The notes under the pieces: generated by a model | What the model was told of the DNA's origin: nothing | Database searches by the model: none | Seen by the model: the letters and a program-made list of their open reading frames with translations, nothing else | Part shown: one piece after another, positions 28,831 through 43,649 of the stretch | Numbering within the stretch: the first letter of the stretch is position 1 | Layout: the number at the start of each line of letters is the position of its first letter | Translations under genes and position numbers: made by a program | NCBI RefSeq assembly: GCF_009914755.1 | Contig: NC_060929.1 | Reading direction: 5' to 3' (one strand) | DNA from: the human T2T-CHM13v2.0 reference genome, Homo sapiens | Length of the DNA stretch: 64,000 bases

Positions 28831-31727
28831 AATGCATTCTTTCTAAATTGTGAATTGGTTTAAAGCTAAGGATTAAATCAAGATCAAAGTAATTATTTCT
28901 GAATAGTATTGAAAATAAGTTTTTTGCATAGAGTAGGGTGGTTGTATATTATCTGACCTGTGTGTCAAATGCCCCCAGTGTCCCGATTGCTGGAACTTTT
29001 CTGTTCACCCTCCAGTTTTGCTTTCCAGCCTTCTTCAACCTCCTGTCTGACCAAGGTGGTTGATCTCTGAGGACACACTACCGACAGCCTCAATTCTGTC
29101 TTCTCATTGGGTTTGGCCAGTGGAGAGCGGTCAGAGGAAGTCAGGAACTGGAAGAGGGGAGAAAGATGTTGGGTTAATTATTTCCACCATCTGCATGAAC
29201 CATCTGCCTCCCCACTGAGTCACCCAATTGGCAGTGCCTCTACAGAAGGCCATTGCTCCCTTAGGTGGCTTTCTCCCCTTTGGCTGTCTCCTCTCTGGTT
29301 CCCTGTAATTGTGTCCACTTCTTTTCATCTCAAGCTTAGACTGCCTATCAGTCAGGGTCCCAGAAAAACAGTGGCACTCTGAAATTAGGAGGATGTGAGG
29401 AGAGTCTAATAAAGAAACAAATTACAGAGATGGGAACTGGCTGTTGGGAACCCACAGAAAATGGTGCCGTGTGCTGGGACTAAAAGCAGCAAAACCGTGT
29501 TGCCACCCCGTGGTCTTAAGAGGAAGAAAGGAGGAGCTCCAAGGAAAAACACAGCAGACCCATCGCTGGGAATCAGGTCAGTGTGTGTCCCATCCTCACT
29601 CCCCTCCTTCTCTCCACCTCTTAGCCATGCTCACAGCCAGAAGCTAGAGTGCGAGGCAGCCTGTTGTGCATCACACAGACAACAGCTGGGGACACTGCGA
29701 AGGTGGGAAGGGTGGAGAGTAAATCCAAAGAGGGAAACGGAAGGAATCCAGCATGGGTGATTAGGGCTACCCACTGCCCCTAACCCAAGGACCGTCATGG
29801 TGCCAGTGACTGAGTTACTGCTTCTCACCTTCACACCCACTCAACTGTTCTCTGCTGTATAATGCTGGGGCTGGGCTTCTGCTTTGCCAACTGACTTCCT
29901 CTCGGCTTCTGCCAACATGGATTCTAGAAGAAAACTGGAAGCGTGGGAAGGAAGGAGAGATTTGCTCCTTCCCACTTGCTTTTTGTGGGTTTCCTGTTTG
30001 CCTCCAGGTCCCACCAGCCTCACCTTAGGCCCGCATCTTTCTCCAGCAGAGGCAGTTCATTCCAGTAGCAGCAGTTGAATCCGGTGTGCAGTTTTCCCAG
30101 CACGCACAGAACTAGCTTCATTGTGCCTTCTTGGAGACCCCAGCAGCAGCCAACCAACACCCACTCCTCAGCCAGTCACAGCCCCGTGGAGCCCCACTCC
30201 AAGCTTGGGGACAGCAGCAGCAGCTGAATGGCAGCCTCCTTCTCAGATGTCTGCATCTCTGCTCTATGGGAGCCCTCACAAGTTTCAATAATGTCATCCT
30301 CTTCTCTTTGTTTCCCCAGCCCCAGGAACGATAGGTTCTTTCTGCTGTGGCATTGCTGCAATTACTTGGTGTTCTCTTTGGGGCACAAAATGAAAGAATC
30401 CTGGGTCTCTGAATCGTGATACAGAGGAAAGCTACCCACCAACCCAGGACACATTTACCGAACTGTTATATGAGCAAGAAAGACATTTTGATTGTGTAAA
30501 ATCACCAAAATATGGATCCTATTTTTTACAACAATGAACTGCACCTATTAGGCCTGAAGAACATTTTAAAACATGTTTCTAGACTCCATCCAAAACCAGA
30601 ATCTTCCAGCACTGTCTAGTAATCTATCATTTTAAAATGTTATTCTTCCTGGTTTGGAAACCACAGTCTAAATTGCCCTGAGCGTATACTTATTAACATT
30701 CACCAGGTAGCAACTACCCAAAGCATAGTTGTGGTACTTAGAAGGAATTCATCTATAGCTCAAGAATTAACTTCGTAGTTTTTAACTGCTCTTTTTTTTA
30801 GAAATGTCACAAAAAGACTGAGTTCAGAGAAGATCAGCATGAAGTGAGCTGTGGAAGTTTTGCTATTCCCAAAAGAAAAGGGCTTTCAGATATCCTGATT
30901 GTCTGCCAGCATTGACTGCCTCTGAAAAATCAGTGTCTTTGCCAACTATGTGACAGACACTGGGCAGATTTACAGGATGAGAGACAATTGCTGGGGCTCC
31001 TTTCTATTCTGCTAAAAAGCCCTGACCCAGAGAACTCAGGACTTTCTGGCGCAAAATGGTCTGATACAGATTTTGTTGCTGTCTCAGATTCACGCACTTG
31101 CTTTGGTTCGTATGGCTATTTTCAGGTGACAGCAGTAATTAAGGCATGTACTTGGTGATAGGCATCTTCTTGCATGGGTCACCCCACAGGGTTTGATTCC
31201 CAGGCCAACTGGCAAGATTTCTGAAAGCAAGTGACAGCTTGTAAGAGGGGTGAAGGAAAAGGCAGAGCTGGCCGGGTGGCTATGTCCTATGACAAAGGAT
31301 TACAGTTAATGGTGCTGAGGTCTGGCAAGCACCACGACCCTGCCTGGCTCCCAAGCTGCTCTGTCTAAATGATCATTGTTGATTATGTGTCTATACCTAG
31401 GCAAGAGAGTGGGACAGCATGACAGAAAGCAGCTTCTTGACAGGCTCCAGAAAATTTCCTTTATAAGGGCTTTACCTTTAATAGAGAACTCGAGAGGTCA
31501 AAAATGTTATATTAATACTTTGTCTTCAGACAGGCTGCCCATGTAAACAGTTCATGCTGCTAGACAAAACGAGTCTTAGGAAGCTTAAGGGCATGTTTCC
31601 ACAGCAGCCTGGTATGCCTAAATTAGCAGTAATTATGTCTAAAGAGAGAAGCATAGTTTAAAAGAATTATGGGTATGACTTTTGGCACATGGAATGGAAT
31701 GGAATCAAATCTTTTTTTGTTTTTTAG

Positions 31728-31729
31728 TT

Positions 31730-31797
<68 letters not shown>

Positions 31798-31798
31798 T
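31728..31798. repeat. (CTTT)n tetranucleotide microsatellite (FLAM tail)
   Basis: About 17 perfect units, seen directly. Confidence 0.98.
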
Positions 31799-31917
31799 AT
31801 TTTGAGACAGGGTCTTGCTGTGTTGTCCAGGCTGGTCTTGAACTGCTGGCATCAAACAATCTTACTGCCTCAGCCTCACAAAGTATGGATTGCAGGCATG
31901 AACTACCACACCCAGCC
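31799..31917 (-). mobile_element. FLAM / Alu monomer
   Basis: GAGACAGGGTCTTGCTGTGTTGTCCAGGCTGGTCTTGAAC...CCACACCCAGCC. Confidence 0.85.
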
Positions 31918-32447
31918 AATTTTGGAGTCAAATCTAAAAATCTTTGGGTATTTCAAAACCCACAAAGGTTTCTAGTTTATTGACAAAAGCACTTAGAGCC
32001 TGGCCTAAGACAGACAAGGATTATTTGAAATGTAAAACCACTCTTGAGACCCCAAGTAGGAAACAGGCAGTGAATGCAGCTAAGCCACCAAAAATGACCT
32101 GTTTTACAATGCCCCTGTAGAAATGAGCAAGGGAGATGATGAGAACAAAAGGATCTTCCAAAAAGCAGAATCAGAAAAATAGATTAGAGAACTATTCCCA
32201 GGGAGCAGAACCTGGGCTGAATCAAGAAATGTTACCTCTTTCCAGAGCAAGGAAACTTGGTAACATTGACCTAGGAGGTTTCAGAATTGCTATGGATCAG
32301 TAAATGCATTGCACCTCACATCTTTCCCCTGTTGAAGGGGAGTAATTATCCTGTCTCTGGTTTACCTTGAATTTCTGGTGTATGTGGGGCAATTAATTAG
32401 ACTTTTTAGTTCATAGATCTTTTTATCCTACAATTTGAGATATTCCC

Positions 32448-33185
32448 TGTGGTTAGCAGAATTTTAAAGATGTCCTCCCAAAATTCCTGTCACCTGGTTA
32501 TTCAATCAAATGCTAATCTAGTTATTGTCATCAAGTGAATTTACAGATGTAATTAAGAGTACAGCTCACCTTAACACAGGGAGATTATCTTGTATTATAT
32601 GGGGCTCATCCAGCCTAATCAGATGAACCCTTTAAAACAGAGAATTTTCTCTGTCTGAAAGCAGAAATGAGGCAGAAGGGGAGTTGAGAGAGGCTTAAAA
32701 CGTGAGATGCTGGCTATGAAGATGAAGAGGGCCAAGGAATGCAGGCAGCTTTTACAAACTGAGAACAGGGAGCTCTTGAGCCAGGTGTGTTGGCACACAA
32801 TTTAATCCCAGCTACTTAGGAGGCTGAGATGGGGGTATGACATAAGCCCAGCAGTCTGAATCCAGCCTGGGCAACCTAGTGAGACCCTGTCTCTATTTTA
32901 GTAAAACAAACAAACAAGAAAACCCAGGGAGCTCAGTTCTATAACTGCATGGAACTGAATGCTGCCAACAACTGAATGAGCTTGGAAGTGGATTGAGCCT
33001 CCAGAAAGGAGTGCATCCCTGCCAACACACTGATTTCAGCCTTATGAGACTCTAAACAGATGGCCCATCTGAGCCATGCTGTACCTGGACTTCTAACGTA
33101 GAGAACTGCAAGATAAGAAATTGGTATTATTTTAAGTAACTAAATTTGTGATTATTTGTTATGGCAGCAATAGAAAACTAATACA
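32448..33185 (+). mobile_element. MaLR MLT1D/E-like solo LTR containing a FLAM
   Basis: TGTGGTTAGCAGAAT...TTTGTTATGGCAGCAATAGAAAACTAATACA; TSD TTCCC/CTCCC. Confidence 0.88.
32779..32920 (+). mobile_element. FLAM_A-like monomer nested in MLT1
   Basis: GCCAGGTGTG...AATCCCAGCTACTTAGGAGGCTGAG...GAGACCCTGTCTC; CAGGGAGCTC repeated on both sides. Confidence 0.8.
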
Positions 33186-33771
33186 CTCCCTCTCCCATAA
33201 ATGAACTTCAAGAAAGAGGCTTTAGGTCTAGTCGGTTCACTTAAAACTCAACAGAGCTGCAAATTTAGATTAAGAAAGATGGGTTTACAACCCTATCCCT
33301 ACATGGCGTAAGAAAGATCCAAGAAACACTGAATAAGTCACAATTCTGGTCTCAGCCACTAAAATAAAGCCTTCCGCTGTTGTTATTAATATATGAGAAC
33401 TATGAAGTCTTTAAATTTGGGGAGATGACATAAAGGTAAATATGTTGGCAGATGAGATTGTGTACAACTGTCAGATCTATATGTTTATGAGGAACTGAAG
33501 AGCAGAATTTGAAACAAATTGCTTGAATTACATGAAGCCCACCACAGTGGAAAAAGTACCATGTAAATATCTCTAAGCCTCATTTTTCCTTCCCTTTTTA
33601 ACAGAGATAAAAGTATCTCCACCACAGATTATATGTCTTGCTCTGTAAGGTGAGCCTAACCATATTTATCCAACTTGAGTCATCCAATTATCACTTTTGT
33701 AATTTTTACCATATCTTCATGCTACCTATTCTATTTACCTAATATTTAACGCAATTTGTATTTTTTGTACT

Positions 33772-34086
33772 TTTTTTGTGTTTTTGTTTGTTTATTTTTG
33801 AGACAGAGTATCACTCCATCACCCAAGCTGAAGTGCAGTGGCATGATCTTGGCTCACTGCAACCTCTGCCTCCTGGGTTCAAGTGATTCTGATGCCTCGG
33901 CCTCCTGAGTAGATGGGATTGCAGGCATGCACCACCATGCCCGGTTAATTTTTGTATTTTTAGTAGAGACAGGGGTTTCATTCACCATGTTGGCCAGGCT
34001 GGTCTTGAATTCCTGGCCTCAAGTGATTCGCCCACCTCAGCCTCCCAAAGTGTGGGGATTACAGGCATGAGCCACTGTACCTGGCC
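33772..34086 (-). mobile_element. AluS (older, Sz-like)
   Basis: Full antisense dimer. Confidence 0.96.
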
Positions 34087-34804
34087 TCTTTGTGCTTTTT
34101 AATGCACAATAAAATAATCACATAGCCATTAAAATGTAAAATCTTCATTTGTGCAATTCCTAAAATCATTTCCCGTACTATTCTTTGAGAAATCATAAAC
34201 TAAGATGATCATAATTCAGTAAACAATAGACAATCTTATACAAATGAAAATGTTGAGGTATATATTTTCAAGTATTATTCAGGAAGTTCATTTGGGGATA
34301 ATAATTTAAAAACAAAACAAAACAAAAACTTCCAGGGCCAGATATATATGTTCATAGTTTCCTGATTAACTAAGGTTTGTACATGCATTTGTTAAACAGA
34401 TACCTCATGAGCATATAGTGTCTGTTAAACACTACATGGCTCTTGAAACACAAAAATGAGCAAAGCAGATCTGCAAATCCTGCTATCCTCTGCAAATCAC
34501 AGCCTAGGGGAATAATAGAAATTCAGTAAGAAATTACATGAACAATTATTTAATTATAAATGTTTCATGAGTGGCAAAAATCTTGCATTTCTATATATTT
34601 GGAACCATCTCCCCAGTTATATTAAAGGTACACTAACCTTAACATTTTGTGGTAGTTCAAACCATGACTGCACATGTTTTTGACACTCATTCTATTGAGT
34701 AGTTACATCAGTGTCTCCTTCTCTTGAATCTGGGCTGGCCTTAGAAACTCACTCTTAGCCAATAGAATGCAGCCAATGATGCTACATGACTTCTTGAGTC
34801 TAGG

Positions 34805-35355
34805 TGTATCAGTCATCTCTTGTTTCACAATAAATTACCCCAAAACTTATTGGCTTAAAGTGATCAATATTTATTACTCACAGTCTCTATGGGTCAAGAT
34901 TTGGGGGATGGCTTAGCTGGCAATTCTGACTCAGAGCCTCTTACAAGGTGTCAGTCAAGGTATCAGCCTGAGCTGCAGTCATCTGAAGACTTGACTGAGG
35001 TGGGAAGATGGGTTTCCAAGATGGCTCGCTCACATGGCTTCTGGTGGAAGTCTTCAGTGGGTTTCTGGCTAACGACAGGGGGCTCAGTTCCTTGCCCTGG
35101 GGTACTCTTCATAGGATTGCTTGACTATCACAGGAGCTGGCTTTTCCCAGAGCAAGTGACTCAAGACATAGCAAGAAGGAAACCATAATGCCTTTATATC
35201 CTCATCTTGGAAATCAAATATCATCACTTCCGCATTATTCTACTTGTTAGAAATGAGTCACTAAGTACAGTTCACATCTGAGAAAGGAGAATTAGGCTAC
35301 ATCTTTTGAAGGAAGAGTATCAAGGTATTTGTGGATCTATTTTAATACCACCATA
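34805..35355 (-). mobile_element. MLT1 (F-like) LTR, nested
   Basis: TGTATCAGT...AATTACCCCAAAACTTA.TGGCTTAAA...TTTAATACCACCATA. Confidence 0.8.
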
Positions 35356-35598
35356 CTAATCATAAAAAGTGATGTAGCTTCCTGGTTAGGAAGATGTAGC
35401 AACCTAATCTTGCTGGCTAGGCAGATGTTGCATAAAACACCTTCTCCCTAAATTGCCATGTAAAATGTCCAAAAATTCTAAGGCTGCCATGCTGTGAGGA
35501 AGCCCAGCCCACATGGAGCGACCACATGTGGGTACACCAGTTGACAGCCCCACTGAGATCCCAGCCAATAGTCAACGTCAACCACAAGAAATGGGAGT

Positions 35599-35958
35599 AC
35601 TATGGACTGAATGTATTCCTCCCAAATTCATATGTTGAAAGCTAATCAATCTTCAATGTGGGAGTATTTGGAGGAGGGGCTTTTGCAAGGTAAGTAGGTC
35701 ATGACAGCAGAGCCCTCATGAACGGGATTAGTGTCTTTATAAGAAGAGGCCACAGAGAGATCCTTCACCCCTTCTGCCATATGAGTTTACAGCAAAAAGA
35801 TGGCTATCTATGAAGAAGTGGGAATCACCAAACACTGAACCTACCAATGCCTTGATCTTGGACTTTTCAGCTTCCAGAGCTGTAAAAATAAGTTTCTGTT
35901 GTTTATAAGCCATCCAGTTTATGGTATTTTGTTATAACTGCCCCAAAGGACTAAGACA
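35599..35958 (+). mobile_element. MLT1A0-like LTR, nested
   Basis: TACTATGGACTGAATG...CCCAAATTCATATGTTGAA...GGACTAAGACA. Confidence 0.88.
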
Positions 35959-36112
35959 TTGGGCAAAGATGCCTACAGATGATTCTAGCCCCAGCTGTTG
36001 AGACACCTTCAGCCATCCTCTCCGTGAGCCATTGAATCTTCTCAGCTTCCCAGATACAAGTCATCACTAATTTTAGGATCAGATGCCTCTTCTTAACATA
36101 GCTTCAAAGGGG

Positions 36113-36345
36113 ACACAGCATAGCACAGTGATTATATGCAGAAGCTCTGGATTTCAGGGTCAGTGTCAACTCTCTCTTGTGCTGCTTCCAGCAACATGAC
36201 CTTGGGCAATTTGCTTTAATTCTCTAAACCCCAGGTTCTTCATCCTTTAGTTACGAAAACAAAAGTGAGTAGGTGTTGTTTCGAAGACTGAATGGAGTAA
36301 TGCATTCAAAGTTCTCAGTACATAATTTATGCTAGGTGTTGGTAT
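36113..36345 (+). mobile_element. MIR
   Basis: ACAGCATAGCACAGTG...TGACCTTGGGCAA...TAATGCA. Confidence 0.75.
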
Positions 36346-37599
36346 TATTTTCACTATTATCATTTTTATTTTCATTAAATCTGCTTCTCTTCCAGGATTT
36401 CCCATATTGTTGGTTTATGTCATGAAAATCCTAAATCACCCTCAGGCTCAAAATTAAAACTAAAACAACAAAAAATTTTCCACTCTTCCTTCTATTTCAC
36501 CAAATATTTATAATAAATTTTCAAGTTCCATTGATTCTACCTCCATAGTTTCTGTTATCCTTCCACCCTCAAAGCCAATTAAGGGATAGGCCAGGAGGAA
36601 GTGGCCCCGGGACACCAGCTGAAATGGAAAGTAAACAGCACCAGGAACACTAGCACAATGGAGGAGCAGGTATTTACCAGAAGAAGAGTGTGAACATAGT
36701 TGGAAGGAATGCTTGGTTAAGTCAGTAGAGGTAAAGTCATGTGATAAGTCCCCATCAAAAGACTGTGAGTGGAAATGTTTTGTGCAACTTCTGTCTCACC
36801 TGTTTAAAGGAAAGGACTTGCCTGGACTTATTCCCTTTTCTCCTACCTGTGATCTGGAACACGAATATGCCTCTGCTTGACTTTGACCATGGAGAAGAAA
36901 AAATATTTTAAAGGATGGTGGAGTAATAAGATAAAAGGCACCTGGTTCCCTGAACGAATTCATGAAGCAGTTTGCCCATCAGTCCAGGCAGAGCAGATGA
37001 TAACACTGAAGAGATTTCAACTTCTCTCTGGTTGGGAGTTTGTTTGTTACACCAGCTTAGTCATTCTGCGAAGTAATACAGGGGTCCCCTGTCTTGTTCC
37101 TCTCATTGGTTGAGGGAGGATGGGCTAGGGGATGCTATAGGGGGAAGACAAACCACTTTCTCATATGAAGTGTTGGTGGGCTTTAAGATCCCAGAGTAGA
37201 AAGTGTGCAGAAATCTAGACAGACAGCCTGAAACAGCCACATATAGCACCCTCACCCGGGTAACGAGCAGGAGCATTACAACCATTCCATGTCCCCCACG
37301 GGGTCATGGGAGTAGCCTAGAGAACAGGAAGGAGCCTGGCTGTTGGAATCTATGTGGGTGGCCACCCAAGATCAGACAGGAGTAATACAGTTCGGCAGAT
37401 ACAGCGTGGAACATGAGGAGCCTCCTGAAAGTTAGAATTAATCTCAGGGTAGGAAATCTGAAATGACAGAAATTAAGTTTCTGCTACCCCTAAAAATAAG
37501 GACTTAAAAAAAAATAAGATCAGATATAGAAACATAAAGAAAGTTGAATTTATTGCACACCAGAATTTGACAACTAAGATTTGTATCCACCAATAATTA

Positions 37600-37840
37600 T
37601 AAGAGACTTAGCCATATTGAGAGCTGGCCATGTGCAAGACTGTGTGCTAAGCACCTCACGTGGGATACCTTGCTTGGTCCTCTCAACACCTCAGTTCTGT
37701 TGCTATTATTACTTGCGCATTTTATGGATGAGAAAACAAAACCTTAGAGGTGTTAAGTAACACAGCCGTGATCTCCCAGTTAGCAAGTGGCAGAGCCAAG
37801 ATTCCAACCCAAGCCATTCACTCCAAAGTGCACCCTCTTT
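37600..37840 (-). mobile_element. MIR
   Basis: TGTGCTAAGCAC...CATTTTATGGATGAGAAAAC...AAGTGGCAGAGCCAAGATT. Confidence 0.75.
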
Positions 37841-39797
37841 GTAAATTAATTAATTTTCAAGATTAAACACAACTTGAGGTTATTTGTTCCAGAGGTGCTG
37901 TAATTCGAAGCTGGATTACTATAGAGGGTTGCTAGTGTATAAACATTTTTAATATCTAATATACACACAGGAAAGTGCACATGAGTTTACAGCTCCCTAA
38001 ATTTTCAAAAACTGAATGTACTCATATAATCAGCACTGCAAACAAGAAAGAATATGAGCAGAACCCCAGAAGTCCCTCAATCTCATCCCTTCAGTCCTTA
38101 TTCGCACCCCAAGGGTCATCATTATCCCAGAGCCCACTATTCTGTATGCCACAGAATCAGAGGCCGATTCTTGCTGACTTCATTTATGGATCTAGCTCAT
38201 GGAAAGAGTAATTCGCACTTCTTTTTTTTACAAATATTTCACCAGAGAGAAGAAACCAAAGCTTCACATGCTCGACTTTCCAGTTTTCCTCTTTCCTCAG
38301 GGGATTTTTAGGTCAATTCAACTTAACAAATATTTATTCAACTATAAGCTGGACACTTACGTTGAGCAATGAGTTAGATAAACAAATTAGGCCATCTTAT
38401 CTCTATCTCCTAAAACGGCAAGGGAATGCAATTGGTACCTGTGCCCTGTTAAACTCTTTTGGAAATTGTAAGGTGCTAAATAAAAGCAGGGTGGCCTTAT
38501 GGATTTTATCTGGCTGATATTGCAGCTGCCTAATAAGGTACTATTTGCATCTTAAGGTGCCTGGGCCGAATGATTTTACACAAATCCCCAGATCACCTGG
38601 GTGACACTGGATTAGAGAATAGGTTCAGAGGTAGTTTTTATTATAACTGTGTGGACATATTTTTCAAGACAGTTGATGTTAAATTGTTAATGTAAAAATT
38701 GTCCTTTGTGTTTTCCAAAAGTTCTCATGTAATCATGAAAATGATTTAGGGGCAGGAACTGGGCCTAGACGTAGCCACCCATTGTCTGATAGTGAGTTTC
38801 CTGAGTGTATTAATCACTGTCCCATTAATTCTATAGGTAGGGGAATTTATATGGAGTAGCCATATGTGTGTGATATGTGTGTCTGGGTTTGTATGGGTGT
38901 GTCTGCAGAAAAATAGACTTTATAGACACACACTTTTCACTTTAATTTTCACATTTAAGAAGAGTCTTTTCCTCTGTTTTCAGTTTTTAAAAGTCCTGCT
39001 TCAGGAACCATTACTTCCCAGAAGACAGAGCCCACATTATTTCTGTTCTTTTTTCTGAAAAGCAGTTGACCTGTTGATCTGGTTGTTCACCAAACCCACT
39101 CTCCACCCTGTTCCACCCTTCTGTGTGCCCCAAGAGGTCAGCTCCATCAACAGGCCCTCTTGCTTTCTGGCTTTGCAGTTGGCTTCAGACCATGGGAAGC
39201 AGTGCTCAGAAATCAGAGAGAGGGAGGAGAGAAGGGAGGAGGTATCTGTTCCCTGGCTCTCAGCTCCCTCCCTGCTCCACCCACAGCCCTGGCTCCTGTC
39301 AAGCTGATCTCTCCAGAGAACAGCTCAAGTTCTCTTTCGCTCTCATCTCTCAGTTTTGGTAACTGCTCCTTTCTCTCCTCCCTTCAGGCTGAGGGATGGT
39401 AAAGTGACCCATCACGCTATTCTGTTGTCCCTTCTATAAAACTTTCCTTCAATTACCCAGTCTGAATGTGCCAGCTATTTCCAGCTGGGATGTTAACTGA
39501 TACAGCAACCAAATCTAGGACTGGTAGTATATCTAGCCTGAATGCAAAACATGGCCCTTGAACATCACCATTCGCATTTACGGTTGGTCCCTTTCTCCCA
39601 GTCTTGTTTATAATGACAGTATCAAGTTTCTTTAGGAATTATTTTGGGGGCTATTTGGTCCTCATAAGAGTCCAGGCAAATGATGCTATCTTTCTTCTCC
39701 ATTTTGATGAATTTATTTTTTCATGGATGGGGTAGGTTATGTTTCACTTTTAAGAAGGGACCCACAGACCACAACTAGCTTTCATGAGATTTTATGA

Positions 39798-39983
<186 letters not shown>

Positions 39984-40327
39984 TAACTATTAAAACTTAC
40001 TAACGCCTTAGGGCTTGAATTTTTGTACATCTTCTAGTCTCTGCAGTTGCCACTTTCCTGATGTTCTGGCCTTACCATGTTAGTGTAGCTGCCTCTCATG
40101 TGTGCCATGGGCTCCTCTTCCAGGGTCATATGCATGACACCACCATGAAGAGGGGCTCAGCAGCCGTGTTACCAGCCTATAAAACTGCCACCCCAACCTA
40201 CAGGAATTTTCAGCTAGCAAGTACACAATAAGAGGTTGCAAGTCCTTGAACTCAGGGTTATCTCAGTGAATATAATAAAGGACTATGATATAAGTCTACT
40301 GGGATTATTAGATTTCTGGAATATTCT

Positions 40328-40618
<291 letters not shown>

Positions 40619-41559
40619 CCTGGAATATTCTTTTTTATCACTAAATCTTTCTTAGAAATTATTCCAAAGCATCATTGACCATCTGAATTGTGCCAGCATT
40701 TTGGGGTTTTTGAAAAGTAAATTCATACCTGAATTGGGTAATTATTAGGGTTGTATACTATTGAGGCTCCATTCAGGTCTATAGATTTATTAATATTTAT
40801 ATACAATGATAGGCTTTTTAAAAACTCTCCTAGTTTGCAAATTGTCTTTAAGAAACTAATCCATGATAGCAGTATATTTATATTTTTTATTTTCATGAGC
40901 TCTTCTAGAAGGAGGAAGGAGGAAAAGAACATACGTATTTAAAAGAAATACTCAGTAAAGAACATTTAGTAAATTGACCAAAGCAGGCGGAATGCCACCC
41001 AAAGTCCCTGCCCCAGTAAAACCACTCTATTATTTTACTATTGTTGTATTCAGATTTTTCTAACTGTAGGTGTGTGTTTCTCATCTATACTATAAACTGC
41101 ATCTGCTGCCTGTTTCCAACATTTCCCACTTCATTAAACATTTGCCTTTTATAAGATACTCATAATTTAGATTTTAATAATTTTAATACTTTATAGTCAG
41201 ATATTGTGATTCTATTCTAATTTTTTCTATTAAAGATGCTATTTTCATGAACATCTCATGCAAAAAAAAAAAAACACCATTTTTTATTTTCTTTCTTTAC
41301 AAATCTTTTCTTAGGAATCATCCTTCCCCTTGCCCACCCCTCCCCAAAAGATGAGCTCCAAGTATTATGTTCTTACAGTTCCTTTCACATCACAATCTTA
41401 AATGATACATTTAAACTATTACTCGATGAATGTCTGTTGTGTCTCCTACACTATAACCTCCTGAGTGTGGCACTATCTGTTTTACTGATCCTTTTATTTC
41501 CCAGTGCCTCACACAGCACCTAAAGCATAGCAGGTGCACAATAGATATGATATTGGGAC

Positions 41560-42270
41560 AAGGAATTGGCAGATGGGTCAACAATGCAAAATAGCCCAGA
41601 AAACAAACCTCAGTATGTACAGAGACCTAAATAGATATTTTTGTAATGTTAACATGGCAACTAGACAGCTATTTTAAAAGAAAAAATTTTAATTAGATCT
41701 TTACCCATTGCCATATGTCATAATAAACCAGAGATAGATTGAAGAGTTACATTTTTAAAAAGTCAAGCCACATACACACAAATAAGATATGAGTGAATGC
41801 TTGTCTTTGTCTAAATTATCTAATAATGGAAACATCTCAATGGGTAAATCTTCCATACCATATGAAAATGTAGAGCTTCTATGTGTCAAAAATATCACAG
41901 ACAGAATTAAAGAATAAGTAAGATTCCTAGAATAATACTTGCTTGAGTATGGAACATTAGGATTAATATCCTTCCTCTAGCGATTGTCTGCACACATCTA
42001 TAAGAAAAAAAGATTTTGAATCCAACTACTGAATGAAAAAAGGACATGCACAATTTCAAAACATAAATTACATGTGGAAAATAAACAAGAATAAAAAATA
42101 TTTAACTTCAATAATAATGGAATAAAGGCTGGCTAATCAGTCACCATTTTTCACACATTAAGACTAAAAATAGCTGTTAATGGTCAATGTTGATGAAAGT
42201 ATGCTACAAGAGACAGTCACATAATTTGCTATAAGGAGTGGACATAGATAAAATCTTTCAAAATCTTCCA
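41560..42270 (+). mobile_element. Very old L1M ORF2 3' relic
   Basis: AATAGCCCAGAAAACAAACC...GGCAACTAGACAGCTAT...AGATAGATTGAAGAGTTA. Confidence 0.55.
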
Positions 42271-42503
42271 ATTTCACTGTATCTTATTTTGATGATCAAG
42301 ATAAAATAAGAAACATAACTGACTGAGGCTCAGAATGATTCTCTTTTTGTTTCTTTCTTCCTAGAACACACCCAAGCATTGTCCCGTAGCATAAAACCAA
42401 GGGATGTTGTTTTTGTTTTCATCTATGTCCCCAAATAGATGGCCAGCTTCTTTGAAGACAGGGACCTTACCTTACTCATTTTTTTAATCACTCAAGGTCT
42501 GCA

Positions 42504-42807
<304 letters not shown>

Positions 42808-42856
42808 GGGCTGCAAATAGTAGGTGCTCAAGCAGTGTTAGTCAGAATGGAATTTA

Positions 42857-43192
<336 letters not shown>

Positions 43193-43649
43193 GGACCTCC
43201 TGGATAAACATGAATACCAATTTCAATTCTCTCTGTAATCATGCTTTGAAAATTACAGGTTGGTTTATTCAAAATCTTAAGAAGAACATTGTTGGATGCA
43301 TGCACACAACCACTGCCTTCCCAGAGCACACATTTGAAGTCAAGTTCAAGATGGAAAGCATTGCCAGAGGAAGGAGTGTTTTGCCATAATAACAATGTCA
43401 GTGTTGCTGTTGGAAGGATTGCCTTTTTCATGACAATGAATATAGAGTGACAGCATGTGTGTGGGGATTTCATTTAAGCATCCAAGTGATTTCCAACAAG
43501 GAATTCTTGGTCTTATTTGACAGATCAGGAAAATAAGCACAGAGCAATGGAGTGGTTTGCCCGTCATCAGGCAAATCATTTGGATGAGCTGAAAATAGAA
43601 GCTAAACCTCCAAACTTACCTAGAGATTAGTTTCTGAATATGTCTGGAA

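Larger units (their letters stand above)
30850..32420 (+). mobile_element. Degenerate MaLR internal (MLT-int-like) sequence, interrupted by a FLAM
   Basis: TTATGTCTAAAGAGAGAA...TTTCAGAATTGCTATGGATCAGT resemble the MLT1-int 3' region; weak call. Confidence 0.4.
34648..36060 (+). mobile_element. Old MLT1 (G/H-like) LTR in three pieces, hosting two nested LTRs
   Basis: TGTGGTAG...CCAATAGAATG...TCTAGG | CTAATCATAAAAAG...GCCATGCTGTGAGGAAGCCCA | AGATGATTCTAGCCCCAGC. Confidence 0.7.

Noticed and set aside
31690-31706. (GGAAT)3 resembling HSATII/III
   Set aside because: Only three units; chance or micro-slippage.
30850-33185. Partial MaLR provirus (internal region plus its own 3' LTR)
   Set aside because: The LTR at 32448-33185 has its own 5-bp TSD (TTCCC/CTCCC), so it looks like an independent solo insertion.
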